Source: Promethearchaeota archaeon (GTDB lineage: Archaea > Asgardarchaeota > Lokiarchaeia > Sigyniarchaeales > SOKP01). Taken from it: a DNA stretch of 20,810 nt. Below, piece after piece: positions 1-8,340 of the stretch (its first letter is position 1; each line of letters starts with the position of its first letter). A model generated the notes under the pieces. The model had not been told where the DNA came from and ran no database searches. It saw only the letters and a program-made list of their open reading frames with translations. The stretch covers positions 1-20,810 of the forward strand of contig JAEOTS010000061.1 of NCBI GenBank assembly GCA_016839745.1. The letters run 5' to 3'. Both the position numbers and the translations under genes were made by a program.

Positions 1-2842
1 AGTTATAGGTAGTATAATCAACATTTCCAGCTACATCTCTTAACCATACATAAACGGTATGAGCTCCATCAGACCCTACAGTAATTCCGGTAATTGACGT
101 TATACCCGCACCTGCTTGATAAGTTCCGTCTGTATCAAAGGTCGGAGCAGAATCCAATTTATAGTATGCACCAGCTATACCAGACATTTCTGAAGGATTT
201 GACCAGGAAAGATCAAAATCGTCTGTGCTTGTCCAAGAGGATGGATCAGCAGCTAATCCGCCCGGTGAGGCGGGATCCGTTGTGTCTAAGGATAATACTA
301 CAGAGTCGCGGTTGTTATAATCAACATTTCCAGCAGCGTCTCTTAACCATACATAAACGGTATGAGCTCCATCAGTTCCCACAGTAATTCCGGTAATTGA
401 TGTTATATCCGCACCTGCTTGATAAGTTCCGTCTGTATCAAAAGTTGGAGCGGAATCCAATCTATAGTATGCGCCAGCTATACCAGACAGATCTGCAGGA
501 TTTGACCAGGTTAGATCAAAATCGTCTGTGTTTGTCCAAGAGGATGGATCAGCAGCTAATCCACTCGGTGAGGAGGGATCTATGGTATCTATTAAGAGAT
601 CTTTATTGTCTCCTAAAGAACCTGCAGTTCCAGGCACTGGAAGAGTTAGATCAGCAAGTAATTCATCTGAATCTTTAATTATTCCATTTAGGGCATTTGT
701 ACTATTATAATCAAGATCGCTTGAATAATGTCCTAAAGCTACTGTGTAAGTGAATGTGAGAGTAGCTGTTTCGTTACCGCTAGTGTAATATGCTATCCCA
801 TCTGGAATGCTATTTGTTTCTAAAGAAAGTGTAGGAGTACCAGTGACAAATACAGGTTCTGAAAAGGTTATTGTTATATCAATTACTTCTCCCGTAGTAT
901 ATGGTGTAATATCTGGTTTAGTAGAACTAACACTATTTACAGATGGCGTTCTAGCATCAACAATTATATCTTTATTTCCACCAAGAGAATCTGGGCTCCC
1001 TGGGACTGGAAGCGTTATATCAGCATCATTTCCAACAATACCTTTGATAGTTCCACTGTTTAAATCCAAGGCGCTGGTGGAAATATAATCAAGATCGGTA
1101 GAATTATGGTCCAAAGCGACCGTATAATTGAATGATAATATATTAGTTGCATCTCCACTAGTGTAATCAACTACTGCGTCATTATCACCTGTCTCCAGAG
1201 TAAGTTGCGGTGTTCCTGTTACATATACTATATCTGAAAATTCAATTGTAATTTCAATTGTATCCCCAAACCTATATGTGCCATTAGCATTAGTGGATGT
1301 AACATCAATTATCGATAAAGGAGGTATACAATAATTATTTTCAAACGTATTACCTACACTATTTTCTTCGAGAGCATACTCAGTGTTATCAACAAAAGTG
1401 TTTTCTGAAATAGTGTTAGAATCACTATCATTCAAACAGACTCCGTAATAATTTTCATGTAATATATTCTCTATAATATCGTTATTATCACTTAAATATA
1501 AAGAAATTCCACACTGATTATTTGAACAATTATTTCCAATCAATTGCGCGTTATCAACTGAATCTAATTTAATTCCTCCATCCATAGAACTTGATCCTGA
1601 ATTTAAAAGTTTAGAATTTTCTATTGTAAAATAGACACTCGAATTTCCGATTAAAATACAACTACCGTCATTCGCCGCGTCAATTATCAAATCACTAATT
1701 ATATATGGGTTACCTGAAGTACCTGAACCGCTACACCATGCTCTTGTAGAACTCCATGTCCAGCTTTTATTTCCACTTGCCTGGTTGCCATCAATATGAA
1801 TTTTACTGCCATCGTGGAATGGATCTCCATAAATTGGAAGATAATCAGTAGGATTAGCAGCACCAACGATATAGGTATACTCATTATCATCAATTCCATT
1901 TCTATCTGCGTCAGCTGTCGTGTGGTTATCCCAATAGTTTCCAATAACAGTGTTATTCCAGTAATTGATGGAAGGAAGAAAAGCATGTTCTTCGTCCTCT
2001 GCATGATTCGTATTATTAAGAAAGTAATTTTTATAAATATCATTTGCATTAGACCATTTAACAAATATTCCTTTTAAAGTATTAAAACTTGCAAGGTTTT
2101 CCGTGATATTGTTATTGTCACCATAATGTATAAAGAGCCCTATATTCCCGTTATTACTTAAATTATTCTTGATGATGGTGTTATATGTACATCTCTTTGT
2201 CAGACCAGTTGAGTCTGAATTGGAAAGATACAGTCCATAATAATAATTGTAATTCATGGTATTGTCTGAAATCGTATTATAGCTACAGCTATCATATAAT
2301 TGTATTCCGTGATAACTATTATTATATAACAAGTTTTCAGCTATGGTGTTATAGCTACTTTCAAACAGGTATATTCCAATTGTGTTGTTTAAACAATAAC
2401 TATTTATTATTTTTCCATTAGTAACATCTAATAATTTTATTCCCGAATCCGTTGCGTTCTCTCTCGAATTGTAGAATGTACAATTTCTAATGATAAAGTA
2501 TTCACTAGACTCATAAATCCCTATACCTTGAGCTGAACCTTCTCCATTTATAATAATATTTTCAATAATATAAGGCTCACTCACAGTGCCATTTCCAGTA
2601 CACCATGATTGTGCCTTAGCCCAAGTCCAATTGTGTGCACCAACACCTGTCGCACTTCCATTAATTTCAATTGGGCTTTCGTATCCCGAAACCTTTAGAT
2701 GACCTACATTATTTCCAACTTCATTTTCTACGATATCTCTATTAATTATTTTAACATCAGTTTGTATAAAACCAGCTATGATAAATAATGAAATGCCAAG
2801 AAATGATAGAATCAGAATTTTTTTTTTACGATTATTATTCAT
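1..2842 (-). CDS. Large secreted surface protein/adhesin, 3'-truncated by the window edge: signal peptide, 2 NosD-like right-handed beta-helix modules, 2 Ig-like ~120-aa repeats, at least 2 near-identical 101-aa FN3/Ig-like repeats
   Basis: Manual translation from ATG 2842 (MNNNRKKKILILSFLGISLFIIAGF...) found no stop before the window edge. Contains PIEING...NWTWAKAQSWCTGNGT..EPYIIENI cap, N-x-I-x-x-N / GIYL beta-helix rungs, GNYWD motif, then GTPQLTLETG / GTPTLSLET repeats and DGAHTVYVWLRDAAGN repeats. Absent from the ORF track, presumably because it has no stop in the window. Confidence 0.9.
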   Translation of the reverse strand, partial: MNNNRKKKILILSFLGISLFIIAGFIQTDVKIINRDIVENEVGNNVGHLKVSGYESPIEINGSATGVGAHNWTWAKAQSWCTGNGTVSEPYIIENIIINGEGSAQGIGIYESSEYFIIRNCTFYNSRENATDSGIKLLDVTNGKIINSYCLNNTIGIYLFESSYNTIAENLLYNNSYHGIQLYDSCSYNTISDNTMNYNYYYGLYLSNSDSTGLTKRCTYNTIIKNNLSNNGNIGLFIHYGDNNNITENLASFNTLKGIFVKWSNANDIYKNYFLNNTNHAEDEEHAFLPSINYWNNTVIGNYWDNHTTADADRNGIDDNEYTYIVGAANPTDYLPIYGDPFHDGSKIHIDGNQASGNKSWTWSSTRAWCSGSGTSGNPYIISDLIIDAANDGSCILIGNSSVYFTIENSKLLNSGSSSMDGGIKLDSVDNAQLIGNNCSNNQCGISLYLSDNNDIIENILHENYYGVCLNDSDSNTISENTFVDNTEYALEENSVGNTFENNYCIPPLSIIDVTSTNANGTYRFGDTIEITIEFSDIVYVTGTPQLTLETGDNDAVVDYTSGDATNILSFNYTVALDHNSTDLDYISTSALDLNSGTIKGIVGNDADITLPVPGSPDSLGGNKDIIVDARTPSVNSVSSTKPDITPYTTGEVIDITITFSEPVFVTGTPTLSLETNSIPDGIAYYTSGNETATLTFTYTVALGHYSSDLDYNSTNALNGIIKDSDELLADLTLPVPGTAGSLGDNKDLLIDTIDPSSPSGLAADPSSWTNTDDFDLTWSNPADLSGIAGAYYRLDSAPTFDTDGTYQAGADITSITGITVGTDGAHTVYVWLRDAAGNVDYNNRDSVVLSLDTTDPASPGGLAADPSSWTSTDDFDLSWSNPSEMSGIAGAYYKLDSAPTFDTDGTYQAGAGITSITGITVGSDGAHTVYVWLRDVAGNVDYTTYN
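13..593. repeat. Two tandem 303-bp intragenic repeats (13-290 vs 316-593) encoding 101-aa beta-sandwich domains
   Basis: Manual alignment at offset 303 gives about 28 mismatches in 278 nt (~90% identity). Confidence 0.95.
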
Positions 2843-3012
2843 ATGTTTTTTTTCAACCCTGTTATTAATAGATTAATATTAATTTTAATCTGTTAGGTTA
2901 TTATTTAAATCTATGCTTTCTGGATAGGATTAATCAGCTTTTTAGATTAATCTAAAGTAAAGCTGTAATAATTTTTACATTCAATAATAAAAATTAGTGT
3001 GTTAACATATCA
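2804..3012. repeat. Left arm of ~210-bp inverted repeat (promoter plus first 13 codons of the surface-protein gene)
   Basis: Reverse complement aligns with 4761-4970, about 15 mismatches and 1 indel (~92%). Confidence 0.95.
2902..2956 (-). promoter_or_regulatory. Putative TATA box (TTTAAATA on minus strand, 2909-2902) with upstream GATTAATC palindromes
   Basis: TTTAAATA lies ~60 nt upstream of ATG 2842. Perfect 16-bp palindrome TTTAGATTAATCTAAA at 2941-2956 and a second GATTAATC at 2928-2935. Confidence 0.5.
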
Positions 3013-3065
3013 AATGAAATATTAATATAGTTAATATTAAATCCACACTACATAAAATAACCAAA

Positions 3066-3072
3066 TTTATAT
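3066..3072 (+). promoter_or_regulatory. Putative TATA box for a leaderless transcript of 3098..3613
   Basis: TTTATAT ~26-32 nt upstream of ATG 3098; no Shine-Dalgarno seen. Confidence 0.45.
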
Positions 3073-3097
3073 CCTAGTTTTAATTTAATAATTAAAG

Positions 3098-3613
3098 ATG
3101 TCGAATAGAGAGCTCAATCTTGAAAGCCTAATTCAAGAATATTTATCAGAAGAGGGTATCTTTAAAGAAAAATTACAGAGTTCTGACTTTGAGTTTGGAT
3201 TCATAATTTCTTTTCCTTCAGGACCAAAAAGCCAGAATATGAGTATCTATAAACCAAAGAATAAAAATTGTGTATATATAACAATTCGAACCCAAATATC
3301 AGAAAAATTTTCTAAACCGTTAAGCTCGCTTAAGGGCAATAGAACCTTTCAATTTTTTAACCAAATAAGAAAATATTTTCTAATTAAGGAAGTTTATTTT
3401 AGAATAGACCCCCAAAATTTTAAATTTGAAATACATGAGCAAACTTATCCTGATAGGGATGGATATATTTCTAAAGATACTTTGTTTAAAGGAATTCAAA
3501 AAGTTTTTTACTGTTACGTATTCAGCCATATATTATTAGAGGAGCTTAGCTCAGGAAAAGACATGTCATCCACAAAATTCGGCCCTGAATTTGATCTTTC
3601 ATTATATTCATAA
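3098..3613 (+). CDS. DUF2299-like archaeal conserved protein
   Basis: 171-aa ORF. N-terminal IQEYLSEEG and FGFIISFP pattern and alpha/beta layout resemble DUF2299 proteins; family recognised from memory only. Confidence 0.6.
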   Translation: MSNRELNLESLIQEYLSEEGIFKEKLQSSDFEFGFIISFPSGPKSQNMSIYKPKNKNCVYITIRTQISEKFSKPLSSLKGNRTFQFFNQIRKYFLIKEVYFRIDPQNFKFEIHEQTYPDRDGYISKDTLFKGIQKVFYCYVFSHILLEELSSGKDMSSTKFGPEFDLSLYS

Positions 3614-3786
3614 TAATTAATATATGATTATTCAATTTTGATACCCATAGATAGAAAAAAAAGTTAAGATAATTAATCAATTTTGTACCAAAATGAATAT
3701 TTTGTTATAAAATTTAAATCGCTCTGTGTATACATTCTGCTACCGTAAACTTTATATATTAGTTTAGGACTATATATTAATTGGTG

Positions 3787-4557
3787 ATGTATCCTAACAT
3801 CAAACATAGTCTCGATATAGAGACCAACGGTAGTTATTCTAAAGCTGTTACAGGGATTATTATTATTACTTTAGCGTTTTCAGTTGGACTCATTATTTTG
3901 GGAGTTTGGGAACCTGAGCAGAATGGTATTGAACAAGAGAATATTAATATACCATTCGTTCCGGAAAATAAAATTTCAGAAGAGAGCTCTTCAGAACCAT
4001 CGAGTTCTGAGGACCTGTCGGAAGAAATAATATCTTCTTCTGAAGAAGAATTTTCGGATGCTGTAATTTCTGGGTCGGGTGACGTTCCAGTACTAGAATG
4101 TGGAGCTGTCTGTGGTTTAGACACCGAAGTAGGTACCCTAGAAATTATATGTGAAACTCTCCCAACAGAACCCTTACCACTCTGCATCGATCAAGATTGG
4201 TTAGACCAATGGAGTGTCGTTGTAGAATCATACGGTGGTTATGAGTTCCAAGGAGGCCTTATGGTCATAAAACAAAAAGATCTTCCTGATCAATACGTTG
4301 AAATTTATAAAAAATGTGCAGTTTTCTGTCATCCTTATATGGAATACGTTCTCGGATTCCGATTAGTCGATGGCCATCCAATCGTGCTAGAAAGTAACCA
4401 TGTCCCAGACATAATTGGAGACTGGTTCTGTGTAATGCCTGATAAAGAATTAGATAAAAGGGTCGATCTGTGTTTCTGTACCACATGGACAGGTTGCTTC
4501 TTACCGGAGCAAGAATTCCTAGTAATACTGGCACATAAAACTATGTCCCAGAAATAG
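3787..4557 (+). CDS. Hypothetical membrane-anchored protein: N-terminal TM helix, Ser/Glu-rich linker, Cys-rich C-terminal domain
   Basis: ORF 3781..4557; ATG 3787 preferred, with TTTATATA at 3751-3758. Hydrophobic AVTGIIIITLAFSVGLIILGVW, then EESSSEPSSSE linker, then 10 Cys. Confidence 0.75.
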   Translation: MYPNIKHSLDIETNGSYSKAVTGIIIITLAFSVGLIILGVWEPEQNGIEQENINIPFVPENKISEESSSEPSSSEDLSEEIISSSEEEFSDAVISGSGDVPVLECGAVCGLDTEVGTLEIICETLPTEPLPLCIDQDWLDQWSVVVESYGGYEFQGGLMVIKQKDLPDQYVEIYKKCAVFCHPYMEYVLGFRLVDGHPIVLESNHVPDIIGDWFCVMPDKELDKRVDLCFCTTWTGCFLPEQEFLVILAHKTMSQK

Positions 4558-4621
4558 ATCCCCAACTCTCGATAAGAGTTACATCGCCAGTTTAAAAGTA
4601 ACAGTTTTTAATAGCTGCTAC

Positions 4622-4646
4622 AATGGCAAGTTATCTTGCCATTTTT
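4622..4646 (+). terminator. Stem-loop followed by T-run downstream of 3787..4557
   Basis: AATGGCAAG-ttat-CTTGCCATT is a perfect 9-bp stem, followed by TTT and further T-rich sequence. Confidence 0.45.
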
Positions 4647-4760
4647 ACTTTTTCTAACTTGAAATTATAATGTTAAATTCATTCATTTAGTTTAACTAAA
4701 GTTTATAAGCAGTTTTTGAATACCTAAATATTATTTTGTTTTCACAATCCCCGCTTTATA

Positions 4761-4970
4761 TGATATTTTAACACACAGATTCTTTTTATTGATTGTAAAA
4801 ATTATTACAGCTTTACTTTAGATTAATCTAAAAAACGGATTAATCCTATCCAGAAAGTAAAGATTTAAATAATAACCTAACAGATTTAACATTAATATTA
4901 ATCTATTAATAAAAGGGTTGAAAAAAAACACATAAATAATAATCGTAAAAAAAAAATTCTGATTTTATCA
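4761..4970. repeat. Right arm of ~210-bp inverted repeat; start codon degenerate (ATG to ATA)
   Basis: cacATAaataataatcgtaaaaaaaaaattctgattttatca versus catATGaataataatcgtaaaaaaaaaattctgattctatca in the left arm. Confidence 0.95.
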
Positions 4971-5022
4971 GGTCAGATTATGAAATAAATTACTGAAAAG
5001 CCATTTTTTCAGAAATTATTTA

Positions 5023-5050
5023 ATTAAGTTTAAAAAAAAGAATTGAATAA
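5023..5050 (+). promoter_or_regulatory. Conserved promoter motif ATTAAGTTTAAAA-N6-ATTGAATAA of paralog 1
   Basis: Same motif and spacing at 8507-8534. Both begin exactly 68 nt before an in-frame ATG (5091 and 8575). Contains TATA-like TTTAAAA. Confidence 0.7.
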
Positions 5051-5090
5051 TGTACCATACCGAAATTGGACGTATTCATATGAATTTATT

Positions 5091-7184
5091 ATGACATTAG
5101 ATATACAGTTGGTTAATGGGATTGGAAAAAAAACCGCAGAAAGAATGAAACAGAAAGGGATAGACTCCGTAGAAATATTAGCGTCATCGAACGTTGAAGA
5201 TTTATTAAAAATTAATGGTATTGGGAACGCTACTGCAAGAAGATATATTAATACTGCCCAAAACTATCTTGAAACCATTAAAGAAAAAGAAAAAGGAGCA
5301 AATATTATTAAAGAAGTGGTACGACCGTCCTCAACTAGCTCAGAAGCGATATTAGATGTTTCAAGACTCTCTGAGAAGAGTCTTGATATTGTTCAAGAAT
5401 ATCATGATAATATAAATGTAGGGGAAAGAGAGAAAAAGACCATTAAAAAAGAAAAAAATCAAATCCCTCTTAGTTTAGAAGAGTTTTTGGGTGAATCAGA
5501 GGCGTCTATTTCGGAAGAAATATTAGACAATTCGAAACTAACTAATGAAAAAAATATTCCTGGAGTACCAATTATCACTAATAGTCAATTAAAAAAAGAA
5601 AAAATTGCCCCCACAAAGGCAGAAATGGTAAAGCCAACAAAAAAGTCAACAAAAAAGTCAACAAAAAAATCAACAAAAAAATCAAAAAAGAAGAAAGATT
5701 TTGTTGAAAAAAAGAAGAATTTGTCAACCATGAAAAAAATAGGATCTCATCAAATAAAATCAAAAATTGAACCTCAACCAGCCAAAAAGCAACAATTAAC
5801 GCACAAAAAACAGCAATTAAGGCAAATAGATCAAAAAATTACATATAAACATAGTACAAAAATTATAGAAGAACCAAGAATGAAAAAACCGTTACTTAGA
5901 ACATTTTTCTCTCCAGAAACAATACAAAAGATTCGTTTTTTCCATTTTAAAATTAAACATTTAGAAGTGGCAATGCAAAAAAATGAAGATTTCTCATTCG
6001 ACGATCTTGATTCTATTGTAGATTATATAGATATCTTAAATATTAATTACAAAACTCAGAGCCAAATAAAAATCATAAAAGAATTAGATATTACTCCCTC
6101 TTTTTCTGATCCCCTTGAAAAGAAAAAGATAGAAATATGGGATTTAATGTTTGAATGTGCACGGGTATTATGGGTAGCGGCACAAGCATGTTCTTATCTT
6201 TCTAAAAAATTTGAATCTGAAGGTATTTTGAAAAACGCGATAGTAGCGATGGTAGAATGTAGTAAAATGTATAAGGCTGCAGCATATTTTAGCGCGGCGT
6301 GTACTCGCCAAGAAACCAGGGGAACTACATTGTCAGCTGGAAATCTTGAACTAAATTCTGAGGAATCTCGAATTCTCGCTCAAAATCTCGCTGCTATACG
6401 CGAAGAACAAAAAGAAAACCTATCAATGGCATCAAATCTATGTGCTGGATTAAGTGCATTAACAAAAAGATTGTACTTTTTAAAGAGATATGATATAGTA
6501 AAGAAAAAACAGTTAAAAGCTCAATATAATTACGATATAGGCAAAGCTTGTCATTTGAAAGCTAAATCATTGTTAGAAATATCAGATGATAGTGAAAAAC
6601 ATGAACGCATTGAAGAGATACAGAAAAAAGCTAATTATTATTTTTACAAAGCGGAAGAAACATGGGAATACATGTTAGTGAATTTAAAAGAACTTTCAAA
6701 TTATGAAAAGGAAAACATACAAGCTAATTTGTCAATCGTTAATGAACACATCATAGAAAACGATGTTGAAATTATAGAAGAAGATGAAGCCATGAAAATT
6801 CAAGATCCGGAGCCACTAATCATAGTCCCAGAAAATATAGCACCATTTTTACCAAGGACTACTAATTATCTGACTCAATACAAACCAAGAGATCTCAATT
6901 TTTCCGCTTATAGACGTTATAAAGATCTACTCTCAGAAATTTCGGTTGTTTATAACAAAATGGAAGAATTAAAAAATAAGAAAGCAGGAATCGGTCGAAC
7001 ATTGAAACAATTGAGAGTTTTGTATGATAATAATGATATTGATATCAGTGAGTTTACTTATCTTTTTGAAAAATATTCAACCAAACTCGTAACAGTTGAG
7101 AATGTTATTGAAAAAATAAGAAATCCTGAGAAAAGAAGCAATATTAATAAGCAACAAATAAAAGAAACTAAATCTAAAACATAA
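5091..7184 (+). CDS. HhH-domain protein with Lys-rich linker, putative Bro1-like domain and C-terminal steadiness-box-like hairpin (paralog 1)
   Basis: Tandem HhH motifs VNGIGKKTAERM and INGIGNATARRY (HHH_5/RadA-N-terminal-like). C-terminal ~410 aa strongly similar to 8575..10536. ATG 5091 preferred over TTG 5043 from paralog alignment and promoter spacing. CDS and HhH calls are firm; Bro1 and steadiness-box calls are by eye. Confidence 0.8.
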   Translation: MTLDIQLVNGIGKKTAERMKQKGIDSVEILASSNVEDLLKINGIGNATARRYINTAQNYLETIKEKEKGANIIKEVVRPSSTSSEAILDVSRLSEKSLDIVQEYHDNINVGEREKKTIKKEKNQIPLSLEEFLGESEASISEEILDNSKLTNEKNIPGVPIITNSQLKKEKIAPTKAEMVKPTKKSTKKSTKKSTKKSKKKKDFVEKKKNLSTMKKIGSHQIKSKIEPQPAKKQQLTHKKQQLRQIDQKITYKHSTKIIEEPRMKKPLLRTFFSPETIQKIRFFHFKIKHLEVAMQKNEDFSFDDLDSIVDYIDILNINYKTQSQIKIIKELDITPSFSDPLEKKKIEIWDLMFECARVLWVAAQACSYLSKKFESEGILKNAIVAMVECSKMYKAAAYFSAACTRQETRGTTLSAGNLELNSEESRILAQNLAAIREEQKENLSMASNLCAGLSALTKRLYFLKRYDIVKKKQLKAQYNYDIGKACHLKAKSLLEISDDSEKHERIEEIQKKANYYFYKAEETWEYMLVNLKELSNYEKENIQANLSIVNEHIIENDVEIIEEDEAMKIQDPEPLIIVPENIAPFLPRTTNYLTQYKPRDLNFSAYRRYKDLLSEISVVYNKMEELKNKKAGIGRTLKQLRVLYDNNDIDISEFTYLFEKYSTKLVTVENVIEKIRNPEKRSNINKQQIKETKSKT
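5635..5682 (+). repeat. 4 x 12-bp tandem repeat CAACAAAAAA(G/A)T encoding (TKKS)4
   Basis: Directly visible; protein reads KPTKKSTKKSTKKSTKKSKKKK. Confidence 0.9.
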
Positions 7185-7190
7185 ATCAAA

Positions 7191-8162
7191 TTATAGCTTT
7201 TTTCTGGTCAAGTGCCAAATTAGTGCTAATTCTGTTATGATTCCGATACTAAAAATCTCAATAAGTCCAAATGAACTTATAGTTAAATCTGTTATCTTCG
7301 CGATCCACTTCATCGCTTCTAACAATAAAGGCCAATCTGATCCCTCATCAGACCGCTCTATAGTGTAATTAATCGGAATACCGTCTCTCTCGCTATCTTC
7401 CTCGAATTCTGCATGAGGACCGCTTAGAAAAACTCTCCCATTCCCATATTCGAAAGCAACAATTGCAGGTGTTTCAGTCGCGCTATATGTGCCTAGGATT
7501 GATACATTAGCATCTTCATATGGTATGAGTTCAGGACCTCCAATATATACGATCTGCATGTAGTTAGGCATGGACTTTGTAATGGGATGAGTGTGGTTAA
7601 TAATATCGATTCTGGTCATATTACCTGTATAAAATGGAGTAATCTCCTCTATAGGTCCAACTGCAACTCCACTAAACAAATCTAAATTTAATTGATCTCC
7701 CTCTATCTTATATGTAGGTGGTGGAAAAACAGGATCAGCCTTCCAAATCATATAATCAGAAGCATACCATGCCCCAGCACATATTCCAAAATATCCACCC
7801 CCCTTGCTTATAAAATTTTGAATTTTAATCTTACCTTCCAAACCTAACTCCCAATATGAGACATAATCACCTCCAGGCCAAGCGAGAACATCGAAATCAT
7901 CTAAACCTCCTCCAATAATATCATCGCCAGTGATATTAATAACGTTGCAACCCATCCACTCAAAACATTTTGTCATGGCGATGATACATTTACGAGCCGC
8001 TCCAGGACCATTATATAAGGCTATGTTTGTATTATGAAGCATTCTTATTTGATAATTCTCACTTGCTCTAACATTTGGGTGATAAAACGTAAATCCGTAT
8101 AGATATATTATAAGCCCTAAAAACACTAGAAGTAATAATGTTTTTCTATTTCTTTTCGGCAC
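7191..8162 (-). CDS. BPL_N-family (class I glutamine amidotransferase-like) hydrolase with signal peptide and C-terminal membrane anchor
   Basis: IALYNGPGA, WPGG, GGGYFGICAGAWYA (nucleophile Cys), GRVFLSGPHAE (His-x-Glu). N-terminal basic plus hydrophobic segment; C-terminal hydrophobic stretch ending RKKL. GTG start. Confidence 0.85.
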   Translation of the reverse strand: MPKRNRKTLLLLVFLGLIIYLYGFTFYHPNVRASENYQIRMLHNTNIALYNGPGAARKCIIAMTKCFEWMGCNVINITGDDIIGGGLDDFDVLAWPGGDYVSYWELGLEGKIKIQNFISKGGGYFGICAGAWYASDYMIWKADPVFPPPTYKIEGDQLNLDLFSGVAVGPIEEITPFYTGNMTRIDIINHTHPITKSMPNYMQIVYIGGPELIPYEDANVSILGTYSATETPAIVAFEYGNGRVFLSGPHAEFEEDSERDGIPINYTIERSDEGSDWPLLLEAMKWIAKITDLTISSFGLIEIFSIGIITELALIWHLTRKKL

Positions 8163-8340
8163 CTTTTCTTCATAACTGCTAATAATTAGTATGAATTATC
8201 TTTAAAATTGATTTAAAATTCAATTTCAAAAGAAAATAAAGAAAACTTTATTTATAAATCATATGACAATAATGTAATCCAATGATCACTTTCCATTCAT
8301 AGTAAGGTTTAGATATGCGTTCATAATCATATAAAGATTG

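Noticed and set aside
13-593. Diversity-generating retroelement TR/VR pair or CRISPR array
   Set aside because: Repeats are in-frame coding domains, mismatches are not adenine-specific, and there are no spacers, reverse transcriptase or cas genes.
94-2421. Short ORFs 94..387, 397..678, 528..710, 807..1088, 1699..2064, 1796..2077, 2185..2421
   Set aside because: Antisense or off-frame shadows of the long minus-strand surface-protein gene; the similarity of the first two only reflects the 303-bp repeat.
2818-2827. A10 tract in the adhesin signal peptide as a slipped-strand phase-variation site
   Set aside because: Similar A10-A11 tracts occur elsewhere (9215-9225, 20399-20408) in this AT-rich, Lys-rich DNA; no independent evidence.
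2804-4970. Transposon or IS element with terminal inverted repeats
   Set aside because: No transposase inside, no target-site duplication seen, and the repeat consists of a host promoter and gene start.
7191-8162. Biotin-protein ligase (birA)
   Set aside because: Only the GATase-like BPL_N domain is present; no ligase catalytic domain, and the protein appears exported.
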